Shown here piece by piece: positions 49,901 through 63,965 of a DNA stretch of 64,000 bases. The stretch covers positions 21,700,001 to 21,764,000 of the forward strand of contig CM120641.1 in assembly GCA_051362555.1 (NCBI GenBank), read 5' to 3'. This stretch comes from Lingula anatina (taxonomy: Eukaryota > Animalia > Brachiopoda). Both the position numbers and the translations under genes were made by a program. Under the pieces are notes generated by a model. The model did no database searches and was not told the DNA's origin. It saw only the letters and a list, made by a program, of their open reading frames with translations. How positions within the stretch are numbered: the stretch's first letter is position 1; every line of letters begins with the position of its first letter.

Positions 49901-52252
49901 GCTGCCAACCACTGTAAGCAAATCATGTAACAGCTTTGTGGATTTGTATGGTCCTCAGGTCATCCAACTTCTCTTAAAACAGCTCAAACCAGCCCAAATT
50001 TGCAGTGAAATAGGTCTTTGCAATAACACCATGATAGGTAAGGTGCAGTTTGATATACATTGCAAATCTACGTAAAGGTTGGATGATACAAATGTGGATA
50101 TATGTTACCATAGTACTTTGTTCTGATGTTAATGTTGCAGTATAGGTCTCTGATCCCTCTTAAACATATGCATAGTTGTCTCAAAAAGAAAATATTTTGT
50201 GCATGGTCCCCTTTTCTGAATGTTCACAACAAAATAAAATAAGACCAAGTGTGTGTTTGGTGAATATGCCCATTCTCCAGCACTCGGCTGTATGTATGTG
50301 TAGGTTTTGACAAAATATATGCATACATGAGCAAATTTACATATCCAGATGATGAAGTTACATAACCACTTGTTCTATGTCAGTTTTATCTGTTGTTTTA
50401 GATAAATTTTATATTAACAGTATATTGTTTTAAGTTATTTTAATAGAATGTAGTTTCTCTTCATTTCAGTCCACAATGTTCAAAGCAGTGACATGTGCAC
50501 GGAGTGTAAGATATTCTTGTCTTACCTGGTCTCCCTGTTCAATGAAAATGCCACTGTACAAGAAATTGAGAAAGGTCTGCGTCAATTGTGTAACTCTCTG
50601 CCCCAAGCTGACCAAAATCAGGTAAGTATACAGAAACACTGGAACCCAGTTCTGCATGTCATATCTGTCATCAAGAATCTATTGCCACGGTAACAGGTTC
50701 TTAATATGGTGGGTTACATTTTTCTTTAAATTTGTATTGGAAATCTGACCAAGGGCCTCGTATGTAAAATTTGAAGCTCAAATATTGTGGCTTCTGCACA
50801 TGTAAAAATTACAATACTTTTTAATTACAATTATAATGATTTTTATTATAATAAGTGATGTTTATTTTTCGTGAAGAACCTACTGTAAATCTCAAAACGT
50901 CAAACATGTATGATTAATAAAGATTCTGTCCACTATCTATGAAATTTGATTTTATAAACTAAATGAAATGAAAAAAAAAAAAAAAAACTCTATTCATCAA
51001 AAATGATTGAAGTCAACAACCTTTAAACAATTTGAACCTATGAACAGTTGGATAAATGCATATAGACATTACTGCACAGTCAAATAAAACTGCACTCCCA
51101 TGTTTTACCCCTGAAGACTCCAAATCATGTGACCAATCACAGGAAAGGAAACATTTTATCAATCAGAAGACAATGTTGAGAGTAAGGTATTATATTATTG
51201 ATTAAAACAATAACTTGAGATTTCTATTTTGTTTTGCCAATGAATGCATTTTATCAACTGTTTTCTTTTCAGTGTGATAAGTTTGTGGCTGAGTATACTC
51301 CACAGGTGATACAGATTCTGAAGAATATGATTAGTCCTGAAGAGGTTTGCAAGGTATGTATTTGACATAACATACATGGTGTTTCTTATAGATTTTTAAA
51401 ATCAGAGTATGTACTTTGACATAACTAACATGGTTTTCTTAAAGATTTTTTTTTACTAACAAAGTATGTTCGGAGACTTACTGTTTACTGTCATATGTAA
51501 CTGTTTAAGTCTATTAGAATGTGGTAATTAAAATACATGAAATAATATTAGGCTTTTTAACAATCGGCAGTTTCCAGTAACTTCATTTTAGTAGCTTTGC
51601 CGGGTGGTAAAAAAAGGAGAAAATGGTTTAGCAAATGCTTTTGCTTATTGAAGCTAATTTTGGACATCCAAGACTCGGATCATAGACATTAAGAAAATGT
51701 GGCATGTGGCAAATTTAAGTGCTCCATGCCGACAGTTGTTTGTGTATTTGACTGTTTTTTTTTAAATTACATGTATAATCATTTATAATTCAACTTGGTT
51801 ACATTCCCATGGGGTTCAAACCAAAAAATGTGTATTATGTAAAGAAAATATAATGACTTGTTGCTTTACTCTGTTGCAGGCTGTAGAATTGTGCACCACC
51901 TCTGCCCTAAGACAACAGCTTCTTGTGCCTGCCAAAAAGATAGTGATGGGTGACAAAGGATGCAAGCAGGGTCCATCATTCTGGTGTGCTAGCATGGCTA
52001 ATGCCAAGAAATGCAATGTAAGCCCTTTTCTCTCTCTAACACACACACACACAAATAATAACACCCGATTATTTTTGTGAATTGGTGCACAGCATTTAAA
52101 TTAATAAGAACTTGGTTGGATCCTGGGACTGAGGTCCCAGTGATTATTTAGGACCTTAGTTGATACAGATCTAATGCAAACTTGGTAAGTGCTGTTTGTA
52201 TTTTCTCTTACAGGCTGTCAGCCATTGCAGCAAACTCCTGTGGAAGAAGTAA
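31963..52252 (+). CDS. PSAP: Prosaposin-like precursor (signal peptide, SapA, 6 x SapB, SapA)
   Basis: Exons 31963-32005 ([14 protein letters not shown], signal peptide), 37160-37296 (Sap[25 protein letters not shown]), 37957-38037, 38249-38314, 40304-40363, 40546-40641, 42939-43022, 43566-43628, 43949-44008, 44542-44646, 45043-45138, 45399-45461, 45731-45790, 46174-46275, 46522-46617, 47973-48035, 48831-48890, 49571-49756, 49863-50037, 50470-50621, 51273-51353, 51880-52017, 52214-52252 (TAA). Six CxxC...C...C...CxxxxxC saposin B patterns and a terminal SapA ([24 protein letters not shown]). All junctions are GT-AG and in frame. Confidence 0.9.
32695..33050. mobile_element. Foldback MITE (long inverted arms), interrupted by a tRNA-bearing insertion
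   Basis: CTCCCTGGGGAGTCTCACTAAATTGCTATCATCTTAACCAGCTTAAATGTCTGTCA (from 32871) is inverted at 32982-33038; a related copy lies at about 34120-34322. Confidence 0.75.
32730..32863 (-). mobile_element. 134-bp TG..CA element (solo-LTR-like) containing a tRNA-like cloverleaf, 4-bp TSD
   Basis: Termini TGTAG...CTACA; GGTC duplicated at 32726-32729 and 32864-32867; tRNA-like sequence at 32837-32765 on the minus strand with A box TAGCTCAGGCAG and B box GGTTCGATCC. Confidence 0.8.
34120..34322. mobile_element. Second copy of the foldback MITE family
   Basis: TTCCCATAGATTTTAGATCGATCTATCCCTG.GGGGAGTCTCACTA ... CCCCAGGGAGTTAGGTCGATCTAA...TCTATGGAA; shares its arms with 32695-33050. Confidence 0.7.
36012..36167. 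mobile_element. hAT-type MITE (156 bp) with 8-bp TSD
   Basis: TIR CAGTGTT...AACACTG; perfect 8-bp TSD GTGACAAG at 36004-36011 and 36168-36175. Confidence 0.88.
36690..36820 (+). repeat. Dispersed repeat, related inverted copy at about 59250-59375
   Basis: TTTTTACC.CA.AATCA..AT.ATGATGTCA.C...T.A.TGAACACTGAAGATTTAT.T.TTACCCAAAA is shared with the reverse complement of the ACSL intron segment; probably an old DNA transposon. Confidence 0.55.
37543..37842 (+). repeat. Tandem duplication (151-bp unit x2)
   Basis: GTCCAAAATTGTTTTCTGAAACTTACTATAGGGGAAGGG...AAATTGTAATATTT at 37543 and 37694, with few substitutions. Confidence 0.92.
43873..43908. repeat. (TG)n microsatellite
   Basis: Uninterrupted TG run. 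Confidence 0.9.
47118..47198 (+). other. Orphan saposin helix-1 (CxxC) exon: alternative exon or relic
   Basis: ttttgccacag|GGA...; encodes [27 protein letters not shown], equivalent to the first exon of each SapB block. The only nearby in-phase donor (AAC|gtagac) is weak. Confidence 0.6.
48187..48671. mobile_element. Non-autonomous DNA transposon with long TIRs
   Basis: TCAGGCCTACCCAACTACCAGACTTGGCACATAAGGATCCTGAATTAA is inverted at 48624-48671; a second inverted pair lies at 48372-48435 / 48557-48620. Confidence 0.85.
49258..49425. mobile_element. MITE (168 bp) with 6-bp TSD
   Basis: TIR CAGGGGCGGAT...ATCCGCCCCTG; TTATAG at 49252-49257 and 49426-49431; internal GACCGTCTTC subrepeats. Confidence 0.85.
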
Positions 52253-55200
52253 TTTGAAACAAATCAAGCGCAGTTATGTTTTTCTCTTTTTCCAAATTTT
52301 TAAAAAAATCCAGTTTTCGTATCTTTTCTCATAATATTCCATCTCTTCACAAACTTCATGTGAATTACTGCGTGAGGGTTAGTAAAAATATCAGCTGCCA
52401 AATTAAGGAATTTTTATTTTCAATCATGGTCTATATGATCTGCAAAATATCTCTTGTATGCATTAATAAGATAACAGAGTACAGAATTCATATATAGGAC
52501 TGTATATTTGTCAAGGTCATCAATTACAGTGTGGAGACTTGGACTGAATCTGAAGTATTATTACCAAGTAGTGGCACTCGTCAGCTGATCATCACAGATA
52601 AGATCTGATCATGTAAGAAAGACAGAGTATTTTGATGGAAAGAGCTCAGCTACTAAAACATATTACATAATTATATAACTTTTAATGCATGTTAACTTCT
52701 TTGGGTTTATCAACTGCCCAAATGTAGTAATACAGCTTTGAGCTTTGCCTACTTATTGCAGAAGAGCTATTGTTATACACTTGTAGCTAAACACTTAAAA
52801 GATGTGTACAGGAAGTTTTTTTTTTTTTGTTTTGTTTTGTTTGTTTGTTTGTTTGTTTGTTTGCATTTTCCCCTCATTTTACTTTTTCTTTTGACAAATT
52901 GCTACAGTAAAATGATCAAAATTATCATTACTTTGTTCTTCAGTTTTTCATCCAGAAAAACCTCATTTAGGCAGATCACTGAAAAAACAGCTTTTTTTTT
53001 CTTAAATTGCCTAATTTGGAACTTCTTTGAATCGCAGGACTTTGGTCAGCAGCAACATCCAACTATGTGTCTTGCTTTTTAAAGGACTTTTTAATTTTAA
53101 AGGCAATTAAAAGAATTTTGTACTTATTTGGAAATTTGTTCATTATTATAATTATTATCCAGTATAGATGTTTCCATTTTTCTTATTACTAGGATCACGT
53201 TTTTTATGTCGGTGTTAAATTAAAGAGTGCTGTGAAACTGTAATGTCCAGGATGGTTTTGATGGTTAAATAAATTTTGTACAAAATATTGTTTTTATTAT
53301 TTAAGACCAGTTCACAAATCAGAAATGCTTCTTATATTTTAAGTGCAAACCCAGATTGGAAAACAAACATTTCAGCACCAAGAAGCCTGTAGTAGAAACC
53401 ACCAATAGGTAATTAAGAAATCGATTTTAAAGGGTTTTTTTGCTGAAATTATGTTTATTGAAGTATTAAGTCATATTCTGAGTTGCCACATGCCTTGAAT
53501 ACTGTCACTCAATAATTGTTAAATCAAAAGAAATTAGTAATTGTGAAATACAGACCTACAATAATTGAACGATATAAGACAGATTTCCTTCTTCCAACAA
53601 ATGCATAAATGGTTACAAGGTAGAAAAATGTTATATTTAATGCTTTCATTTTTCTATATAAGTGCCACTGTTGAACACATACTAGCTGTTAACCAGTAAA
53701 TCTAACATACCAGTTGAACTTACTGATGCTGACAATGATGACAACTGTCCTGATGCACTGAGAAATATACCTTTGGTGAAAGGTGAAATGCTGGCAACAG
53801 CTAAACAGCACAAATTCAGGGAGACATTTTAAACATACCCGTTAATCTTATACAAACAGTTTAATGAGGCCAAGAGTGCTATCTGATGAAAAATTGAGTA
53901 AATAAAACAGGTGCCAAGATACTTTCATTATGCCTAAACTTAAGTTAATAAATACAGGGCAACATCCTAAATACTGAAGACGTGGAACACAACAAAACAC
54001 GCCTCTCTATCACAGGCCCTTCTGAATACTCGAGCAGTTACAACATCAGTTAGGTTAACACAGCTTGAAGGGCCTCTGGTAGAGAGCATCAAAACACTAC
54101 ATTTTGTACAGCAGAGTATACTAAAACACAAAGGAATGCTGCTACACTGTAGGAATGTGGCATCTCTAATCTTGGGCTTCCTAGTCACCCTAATGTTACA
54201 TATATATGGACAACTTAAATGTAGATACACTTAATATTTAGCCTCACTTGCTGCCATTGCTTTATTCCACTCCAATAAATGCACAAGTGTAAATGACAGG
54301 GAAATGCCAACATTTACTGACAACCGAAAAATTAGGTCCCTTTTGGTACAGGAATTTAAACAGATATGCAATATATTAATTACAAAACGGTATGGAAGTC
54401 CACCTCTCCAATGATGCTTCATGCATGAGCTGCTGTGTCTTGGACTGCACTGTTAATTTTAAAAATTAAAAGTAAAACTCTAGTGGTGCAACTAAAAATA
54501 GCAAAGTCATTTCACTCCACTGCAAAACTTCAAAAACAATTTTACATCATTCAAACCTCAGTAGCAGAGAGCTAATTTTCATCAAAAATACATACTGAAA
54601 ACATTTCTTTTGGGGGGCTGTCATGGGAGGTTTCCAATATGAAATGGCAATAGGCATCATGCCCAGAGACTTGGTAGACAATTGCTGATCACCTATTTGA
54701 TCTGGTGAAATCCATATCTGTTCACATAGCTAAAGTCCAAGAATTTATTCATGTAGCTTAAGTCTCAGATCTGCTTTAGCTCTGCTTATTCATGTTCATG
54801 TTCAATTTTGCTAAACATGTTCAAAATCCCATGAATACACACTGACCAATATACAATAACTTTCCACATGTGGAGATTTGAAAAAGAAGCTATATGCATC
54901 AGATCTGAAGCTCAGGGAAGTATCAGAGTTCAGAAGAACTAGTTAAAAAGGATCAAACTCCACAGATCAGGGTAGGACATACCTACCTTTTCCTTGGGTT
55001 TTATCAACCTTTTTAACGAAATTCAAACCCCACCATTTAATTCACATATCTATATATAATAACCATGTGCTAATTCCTACAGCAATGTTTGTTGGTCATA
55101 TTGTCTGCTCTGTATAGAAAAATATATCAATATGTTCAAACTAACAACAACCACAAATAATTCAAACAATACTAACCTGTAACACAACATACAGTGATCG

Positions 55201-55905
55201 ATACACAAGAATGGAATTTGCCTACAACGGGTCGGGATAATACAGGCTATGACACAAAAAACAAGTTTTCACCCATCGGACAAGAATACTTAATTTTCAT
55301 TTGAATTCCTTTCACCATTTTCTAGAACACCTTATGGAGAGGACAACACCATGATACAGGTGCTTCACGGGCCTGTAATCAATATCCATGAAATTCTCGT
55401 GAACTTTACCATATGTAAGAAAACTATATAGAATGCACGGAGAAATGCCATACATTTTTTCCCCCAATTCCTGTTCCGATATAACAAATGTTAATATGTT
55501 ATCTTCATAATTTCAATACAATACATAAATGTGTTAGTGTTAGCGTCCTTTGACAATGCAGACCAGGCATACCCCACTCCCACCCTGCCAAAAAAAGGGA
55601 GGGGGATCTGGTCCAACCTGTTGTGTATACTTACATTGCTTATTTATGGTTTACCCTTAAATACATAAAGTCTAACAAGTGAGGAAAAACATTTTTCCTC
55701 TTATTCATTCTTTGGAAAGGCTGCATTTTGATAGGCAATGTGTTACTTGTTGTTTCTGGCATACTAACATGATATGTAAAGCAGAGTTATAACAGATAAT
55801 AGTCACAAATACATATTGACACTGTACAAATCATCTTCAAGTCTTCAAGTATCTTTTAACCCTTTTCCAAAACCTCTACAAGAAACCCCTCTGTTTTACT
55901 GGCAC

Positions 55906-55936
<31 letters not shown>

Positions 55937-56231
55937 ACACTATTTTACAGAGCTAATCTGTGACACTATTTACTAATACAGTAAACTGATTCAACCAACT
56001 TGAAACATTTTCTTCTCTGGTTGACTGAGCATTAAAACATTAAATGCCTTTTTTATTTTCTGGTTCTTTCTACTTCTATTCTTTTTTTTTTTCCACTTCT
56101 GATTTTCGAAAATGTGATTAACAGCATTTTTCCTGTTATTCACTTACCCACATTTCAGATATCTTAAAGCTCCTCAATTATATCTGATTTTTTTTAAAAG
56201 TTCTACCATGCATCAATTAACTACTACGAAC

Positions 56232-59200
56232 TCAATCCAGCTTGCTGTACATTTCATCTAACTGTGTTGCGAAAAATTTCTTTATATCCTGGCGTTTTGA
56301 CTTGAATGTCGGTGTCAGCAGGCCATTCTCCACACTAAACAACTCATGATGCAAATGAATGTCCTTTACCTAAAAATCAAGTATCCCCATTTTGATCAAG
56401 ATCATCCAATTTTTTTGTTCAAAACAATTATGTAAAATGATCATTATTTTGTGCCTTACCACTAATATTCATGAACTGTGACCTTTGTTTCCTCACACTA
56501 TGTAATTCTGTTTGTCTTAAAAATAAAGATGCAATAATACACACATTTCAAATCAGATAATTTTCTCAAATCTTAACTGTCAACAAGTTCATGTATGCAA
56601 GGTGCATATGCACAGACTGTCCTCAGTAAGAAATCAACCTTCATTGAGTGCAAGGAGAACATTTTATTTTAGTCAGAAATACCTGCTCAAAGGATTTGAG
56701 TCCTGCTGCTTTCCCCATATCTGTCATGTCTTTCAGGATGTGCTCTTTTACAGCCTATGACAAATGAGAGTGGATATTAAGGTGACGATGTCAAAAAACA
56801 AATTTGCCACTACCAGTTTTACAGGGACACATATCACTTGCCATTTATTCATCATATATCTGATTTCACAATATCCAAAATTCTGCTATGATCATAATCA
56901 CCACATACAGTCAGTCACACTTTAAGCTTTGGCTAAAAAGTCAAAGTTACCATTATTAAACCATGTCAGTTTCTGTCAAAGATGCAGCCACTGTCACACA
57001 CTGAAACATGCATGCACATGCACACATACACTTTAACAGTCCGTAACCCATGGTCAAAGTTAGTCTATGATTATGAACAAATTGGGGTTCTGGGGCAACT
57101 TATGTCGCAAGACTACACAAGTTAAAAAAAAATCAGATTTCTGATTTACTTAAAAAAAACTGTCTGAATGCAACTGACCTGGTTGGCACACATCTGCTCC
57201 ATGGTCCCAGTGAGTCCCAGGGTCTCCTTGGCCCACTTAGGCAGAGTGTCTGGGTCAGGCACCACCACAGCCACCAGGCAGGACTGAAAAGAGAAGAAAA
57301 CTGGGAACTGAAAAATTCAAAGCTCGGTGTCAATTGTAGCATCCTCATCCTGGTTTTCATTTCACAGCCCCAGTGCCATTAGCACCATACCTGCTAACCA
57401 TTAATGCTCATTTACCAATTCAGTATAATTTTACACAAGACTGTGAATATAAAAACTTGTTGGTGATACAAGAAGCGATCCACTTGTTAGTATAATATGA
57501 CATTAAGCACAGTGACATGCCACCAGTCTAGCTTACCTTCAAACTGTCCCCATGAATGAATGACTGTGCCACTAAGGGGCACCTCACATACACTGTTTCT
57601 ATCTTCTCTGGGGCTATGTATTCACCCTGAAAGATGCAACATACAGGTTGGTGAATCTTAAGAATTCCACAAAAATGACAAGCACAGACCCTCTTATCTG
57701 GTGGTAGTACTTATTTGTGTCTACGTGTAAATATTGTATATTGCATTTCAGATTTGTAGCTTGGGCAAGATTTTTAATAAAATTGGAAATAATAAGTTAA
57801 CATCAAATGGGGAACATTAATATTACCTAGTACATGTATTTAACACATGAGGTAACTTACAAAGTTTACAATTCAACTTGGGGTGTAACAAAAGGTAGTG
57901 AGATACATATTAAAATATCCATATACAGCTTTAAAATATTTAGCTGTATAATCATTGGAAGACAAAGGGGTGAGTTATTTCTATGAAAATTAAGGCTATT
58001 AAAATTAAATTGCTTTACCATTATATTTTACATTATTCAGGGATTACATAACACTTACCTGTGACAATTTGAAAATGTGTTTTATTCTGTCTATGATTTT
58101 CAGTGTGCCATTCTGAAATGTAAACAGCAAAAAAGTTAACACCAAAATTTTGGACAAAATAACAATTTATGTTATAACACACTTGACATATTTTTGTCAT
58201 ATCAAAAAAAGAAGAAAAATAAAGATGATACTGTTTTCCCTAAAAAGCAACTTTGGGGGTACTGGGTATGTTTATTTTGATAACATTTTTGATAAATAAA
58301 GAATAAATCACAGTGCCAGCATGGTTCAAACAATTACTTTCAGTCTCAGGAGTTGATCTGGTGATATTCTATCAGCAAACTATTTCTGTAGACTATCCAT
58401 TTTGTATTGGAATGAGTCCATTTCAAAACTGGCAGTATCAACACAGCCATATACAAGCCTCTGGAACAGTCAAAGAAGCATGACAAGACACTGATGCAAA
58501 CACATGGCAGCAACCAGTTGGCAACTGGACTGAAAACTTTAGAAGAGGGGTGTATTATTACAGTGACACAGTATCCTGAGAATGGGACAAACACTCCACA
58601 CAGACAAACAAGAACAGGTGTAAGTTGTCATACTTACAGGTAGCCACTCCCCTATATCCCCTGTGTGCAGCCAACCATCATCATCCAGAGCCTCACTGGT
58701 CTTCTCCTCATTCTTCAGATAAGAAGAAAATAGATTGGGTCCTTTTACACACACCTGAAAACACAGGTCATTCTCAGTTCTTATTGCCCTTTTTACATAA
58801 CCATATTTTCTAATCTAAATTTCTTTTCTTTTTTTCCTTCTTACTATTATATAACATTAACTTGATACTTCTGTTGTGTACTCCTTTGTATACGTAAGTG
58901 ACCGTTTCTTACAAGAGAAGCTGAAAGGAATTATAATGAAAATATCCAGTATTTAAACAATGGGAATTTTGTTAACGATCTTCTCACCTCTCCCTTGTCG
59001 TCATCTGCAAAGTACCCCATTTCTGGCACATCTACCACCTTCACCATGCAACAAGGGAGTGGGGGGCCAACATGACCTGGAAGACATTGTTTCTTTACAC
59101 AACTAGGGCAATGCTGACTGTTAACCGCATTTTAAGATCAGATGCACAAAAACAATCAAAATTATTGTCAAACATTTTTTGAATGACATAAAAATTCCCC

Positions 59201-62200
59201 ATGAGAATATCGTTTCCCTTCTCCCAAAACTCCTTTTTTACTGCCTTACATACATTCTTTTGGGTAAAAAATAAATCTTCAGTGTTCAGTGATTAAATCA
59301 ATTAACGTTTACATATATGTCATTTTACGGGTGACATCATGATCATGATTATGGGGTAAAAACTGAAAAATCCGTTTGTCACCTGAGCACTCATGATCAC
59401 CATTTCAACGTCGATTTAATGACACTATTTAGTACTCCAAAACCCTGCCAGCGATTTTTCTTAAAAGTCTTAGTTCAGATTTATTTGTTGATAAAGTAAA
59501 ATAACACCTTTATTAATGAATATTTGTAATTAGGGACTCATAACTCCAAAACAAAATATTTAAACCAAAATGACAGCATGTGATTGTAGTCTATACTCTC
59601 CTGGACAACTCTGCCACTTTTGGTAATAAAATCTTGTTCAGGAACGAAGTTACGCCCCATACCAGTTGCCTATGCTTATACATTGCAACAAAAAATATAA
59701 ACACCGATAGTTTATATTTTCGATGGCTTTTTCATTGCTCTAAATCAGCACAATGACAATGGCATTATTAAATAATTAGGTGCAGAAAAAAATTCATTTT
59801 TGAAATTTGGATGATAATAAAGGGTTACAATAACCTTAAACACAAAATACGGCCCTATGTGCATATCTCAGTGAGTCTAGGGTGATGGAAATGACACGTA
59901 TATTGTATGTAGAGCTCACCTGCTTCTGCTTCCCCTAGCATCTGACAAGTGGCAACACCAGAGCATTCTGTCTGTCCAAATCCTTCTATGACCTATAGTG
60001 TTAAGTCATTTTCATAGATTTTTAAAGTATTTTTCAAAAATGACAACATAACACCATGATTTTGTTATATTTGAAAATTCATGAAATGTCACTAATCAAA
60101 ATTCAAGAAGAAATGTTGGATAATAGTGGTCTGCTTATCTGTAATTCGCAGTTACAAGCAAGACTTAGTTAACATACGGACAGACAACCTTTAACAACCT
60201 TTAATATTGTAAACATAGAGTTGCAAAATAATACAGCAATATACAAATTTTGACCTTTAAACCCAACTCTTAACTTCTACCATAAATGCAGAGCCAAAAT
60301 TAGTGAAGGAAATATTGAAGAAATGAAATTATGTCACATACCACACACCCTGCAGCACACCTCATAAATGTGAGGACTTTCGGTGAGAGAGGAGCAGACC
60401 CAGATGTTATCAACTTTACGCGTCCTCCTAGGGACTGCTGGATTTTCTTGAATACAATTTTGTCCCAAATATTTCTCTTAACAATACCCCTGAAGTTTAA
60501 TGAAAAATGAAAAATAAAAGTTAAATATGATATGAAGAGTTTGATGGCAAAACTGATTATCAATCTTTCCTTTCTACATCAAAGGCTGAACTTAGATAAT
60601 AGGACAACAGAAAAAGACATATACGTTAGCAGAGTTAATGATCTGTTATTGTATATTTGAAAAAAATTAATACCCTGCCTTTACTTTATAAAAAAATAAT
60701 AGACATTGGACTAGAATTGCTCTACAAAAAATGTTTCACTAACTTTTTCAGATCCTTTTCCTTGCTGTTTAGAGCCATGTTTAGAAGAACATTTTTGATT
60801 TTGCTAGCTGAGGCAGCTGCCATTGCCTGGAAGTAAATTATAGAAAAATAATAATAGCATAGAAAAAGTAACATTACAGATGTAAGGAAAGTGCTTAAGG
60901 GGCTTCCTGTCTTTGTGTGCATTTGTACATATGCACACATGTTTAATTATCACAATGTGCACAGTCCATGACATGTACAACTATCACACTGTGCACAGCC
61001 CATGACAAGTATATGTATAATTATGACATTGTGCACAGCCCATTACACGTATAATAATCACAATGTGCATGGCCCATAGCATGTTTCACTATCGCAGCAT
61101 ATACCTTATCATAGATTCTGTTCAGTAGTCTTGGGACTGATGGAAACAAGGTAGGTTTGAGCTCTGCCAAATCATCTAGCAATCCCCGGATATCACCCCT
61201 AAAGAAGCCAACTTTCCCTCCAACCATGTGCACAAATGTCTGGAAAAAATGCATGTAATTTTAATGGTCTATTTTCTGATCATTTCATCAACTTATAAAT
61301 AAAATATTTATTTAGAATTCTATTTCACCAATACTCAATTATCCTCAACCTCATCAAACAAACTTTATATGCCTCTAACCTTTTAAGGACAAAGCAATTA
61401 CACAATTTCATTATTTTCTTCATATCAAACATGTCCTACCTCTGTGAGCTGCTCATATACATGTGCCAGGGGTAAATAGCTGATTAGCACATCACTGGGC
61501 CCAACATTCAGAGGTTCCTAGGTGACAGTTAATAGAATCTAAATTGCTTCTCGATAACTGTGTAAGCATTCATTAACAAATTATGAGAAGTAAAAATCAA
61601 GCTAAACTTCAGTATGAAATTTTTTACAAAGGATTTTACAAAATCACTCCATTCAAACAGAAAAGGTGAGATTATTCAATTAGATTCTGCACATTAAAAA
61701 CACAGATTTAAGCAGCCAAACTTGATTAATTTAACTGGAGCAAACAGTAAGATACCAACCTGCTAATTTGAAGAAAAAAAATTTAACATATAAAAACAAT
61801 AACAATTAATATAAAACATGCCTCATTTGCAAATTACAAACTACCAGTACAAATAGTATATAAATTACTTACCATGAGTACTCCACATGAAGAAGCAGTG
61901 GCAATGATTCCTTTATGTGTTATCTGAGCACCTTTAGGATCACCTAAAGTGAAAAAAAAAACAATTTGTTAAATTGATCATTAAAACTAAAAATCTATTG
62001 TTAGATAATTTCAGTCAAATTCAAATAGTGTGTGTGCGTGCGTGCGTGCATGCGTGTGTGTACACATGTGCATTTTGTGAACCAACCAACCAAGCCTCTA
62101 AGTGCTCCATTTAGTCCACACAATTAAGTAAACCCCAATGAATGAATGTACCCTGACCATGCAGTAATTAATGTTGCTTTAAGTCATTGTTTTAAATCAA

Positions 62201-63965
62201 GATCATGGCCTCCTACCTGTAGTACCACTTGTATAACAAATAAAGGCCAGATCTTCAGGGGTACATGGATTCAACTCCTTCGGATTTGCTTTGCCCAGGG
62301 CCTAACAAAGAAAATTTTCAGTATTCATTACCAGATACTAGCAGAGTTAAATAAATATAATTGCACAGCTTTGAAAGAATGTCCTCTTTCAATAGCATAA
62401 TAAGGTAAATGGCTATTGTTTTGTTTTATGCTTTTTTTTCTTTCAGTACCATACTAGAAAACTTAGTCCACGTTCAACAATCATCAGTGTGAGAGAAGAA
62501 AGAAGACTTGGGTGAAATTCAAATATTAAATGCACTGAAATGTCATTAATCTAAAGAAAAAAAAAGAGAACATTGGTCTGCCTCATTATGCTTAGGACAA
62601 CAAACTCATGGCTTCAGAAACAAATCACTGATCACATACCTCCACCTCTTTGAATGTGATCAGTTCTACCCCCTTCTGCATTGCATTGTTGTTGTTTTCT
62701 CCTGTTACCTCCTCCATTACTACAATAGTCTTCACTCCTGGGGTCTCCCCAATTCTAGAGAGCAGGGAGTTCACTTTGGTATTCGTATCACATATTACCA
62801 TAGAGATTTCAGCTAAAAAAACGACAAAAACAGCATTTTATCAAAAATCATAATGTTAAGTTAAGTCTGCCAACTACAAATAGTCAACCCTATAAGGGGT
62901 ATTTATTTATTTATTTATCAAAATTTCTTTATTGAGGGTAAAAACATAGTAAATGTAGAAATTATCTTTCCCCTGGCCCTCAATCCCCTATTTTGGGACA
63001 ATGAAGAGGTGACTGAGAGTTGTAGCTCCCATTTTAGCATGCAAAATCTGCAATCATACATAGAAAGAAATAATACTTCAAAAATACAAATAATTAAGAA
63101 ATATAAAATTAAAAATAATAAAAACAGCAGTCATCTCTCACACAGAACCAATTTTGAGTAAGATCATCAACTATAGAACTATTTTAATATATGTTTTTTT
63201 TCCTTCAAAAGTTCAATTTCTTTTTGATTAAATGTACTTAATTATTTTTCATTCTTTACCTTGCTTAAGAATATATGAACATGCATCTGGTCCCAGAGTG
63301 TCATACAGTGGGACTACCACCATTGAGTACATGTAGCATGCCTGCTCTAATATCACATACTGCAACATACAAAAGACAGACAACAATGGAGATTACAATG
63401 CTCTGGCAGAAAAACACACTGCCTTTAAATAAATCAGGCTTGTATTTTATCTTAAACCATATAAAACTGTACCATGTGGAAAAAGGGGTATTTTGCAGAG
63501 CACAAAAGCATTGATTCTTTCAATATAAATGATAAATAAAATGCCAATATGTGTCAATATTGATTTCGTCCCTGGTTTTTTAATATTTGCTACACAGAAC
63601 GGGGGACATCAGTCTTTACAGTTCAAAAGGAATTTGTGATTATGTCATGTAAGTGACACTTGTCACTAACACAGAGGCATCTTGGCTTTCATCAAATAAT
63701 ACCAACCAAATAATCCTCTTACAGCATCCGTTTTACCATTAACATTAGCATCAAATATGTGTACACCCTGGAAGACTCTTTTCACTGCAAACAATACAGA
63801 CGATGTGAAAAGGTCTTTTGGCAGGTCAGATAACCATTCTAACTTTCAACTAGCCCTGCCTACCTCTGGTCTGTTTTGAGAATATATTCCAATACAGGTG
63901 GTATTCTCTGGCTTCATTCCCTTGGCTTGCATGCCAGCACCTAGGTCAGCAGCACGGACCAGAAC
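56232..63965 (-). CDS. Long-chain-fatty-acid--CoA ligase (ACSL1/5/6 subfamily); 5' end lies outside the window
   Basis: Exons 63965-63864, 63359-63260, 62812-62640, 62301-62217, 61943-61873, 61517-61440, 61239-61105, 60826-60744, 60489-60342, 59992-59920, 59076-58988, 58754-58638, 58112-58059, 57626-57537, 57283-57179, 56754-56683, 56369-56232 (TGA). Motifs [79 protein letters not shown]. Confidence 0.95.
60948..61082. repeat. Degenerate minisatellite (~30-40-bp unit x4)
   Basis: Repeats of ATCACAATGTGCACAGCCCATGACA next to an ACSL donor site. Confidence 0.7.

Noticed and set aside
61240-61872. Second (F-type) ACSL gate exon, as in vertebrate ACSL1/ACSL6 mutually exclusive splicing
   Set aside because: Only one 78-nt LPLAH exon (61517-61440) was found; the flanking introns show no duplicate.
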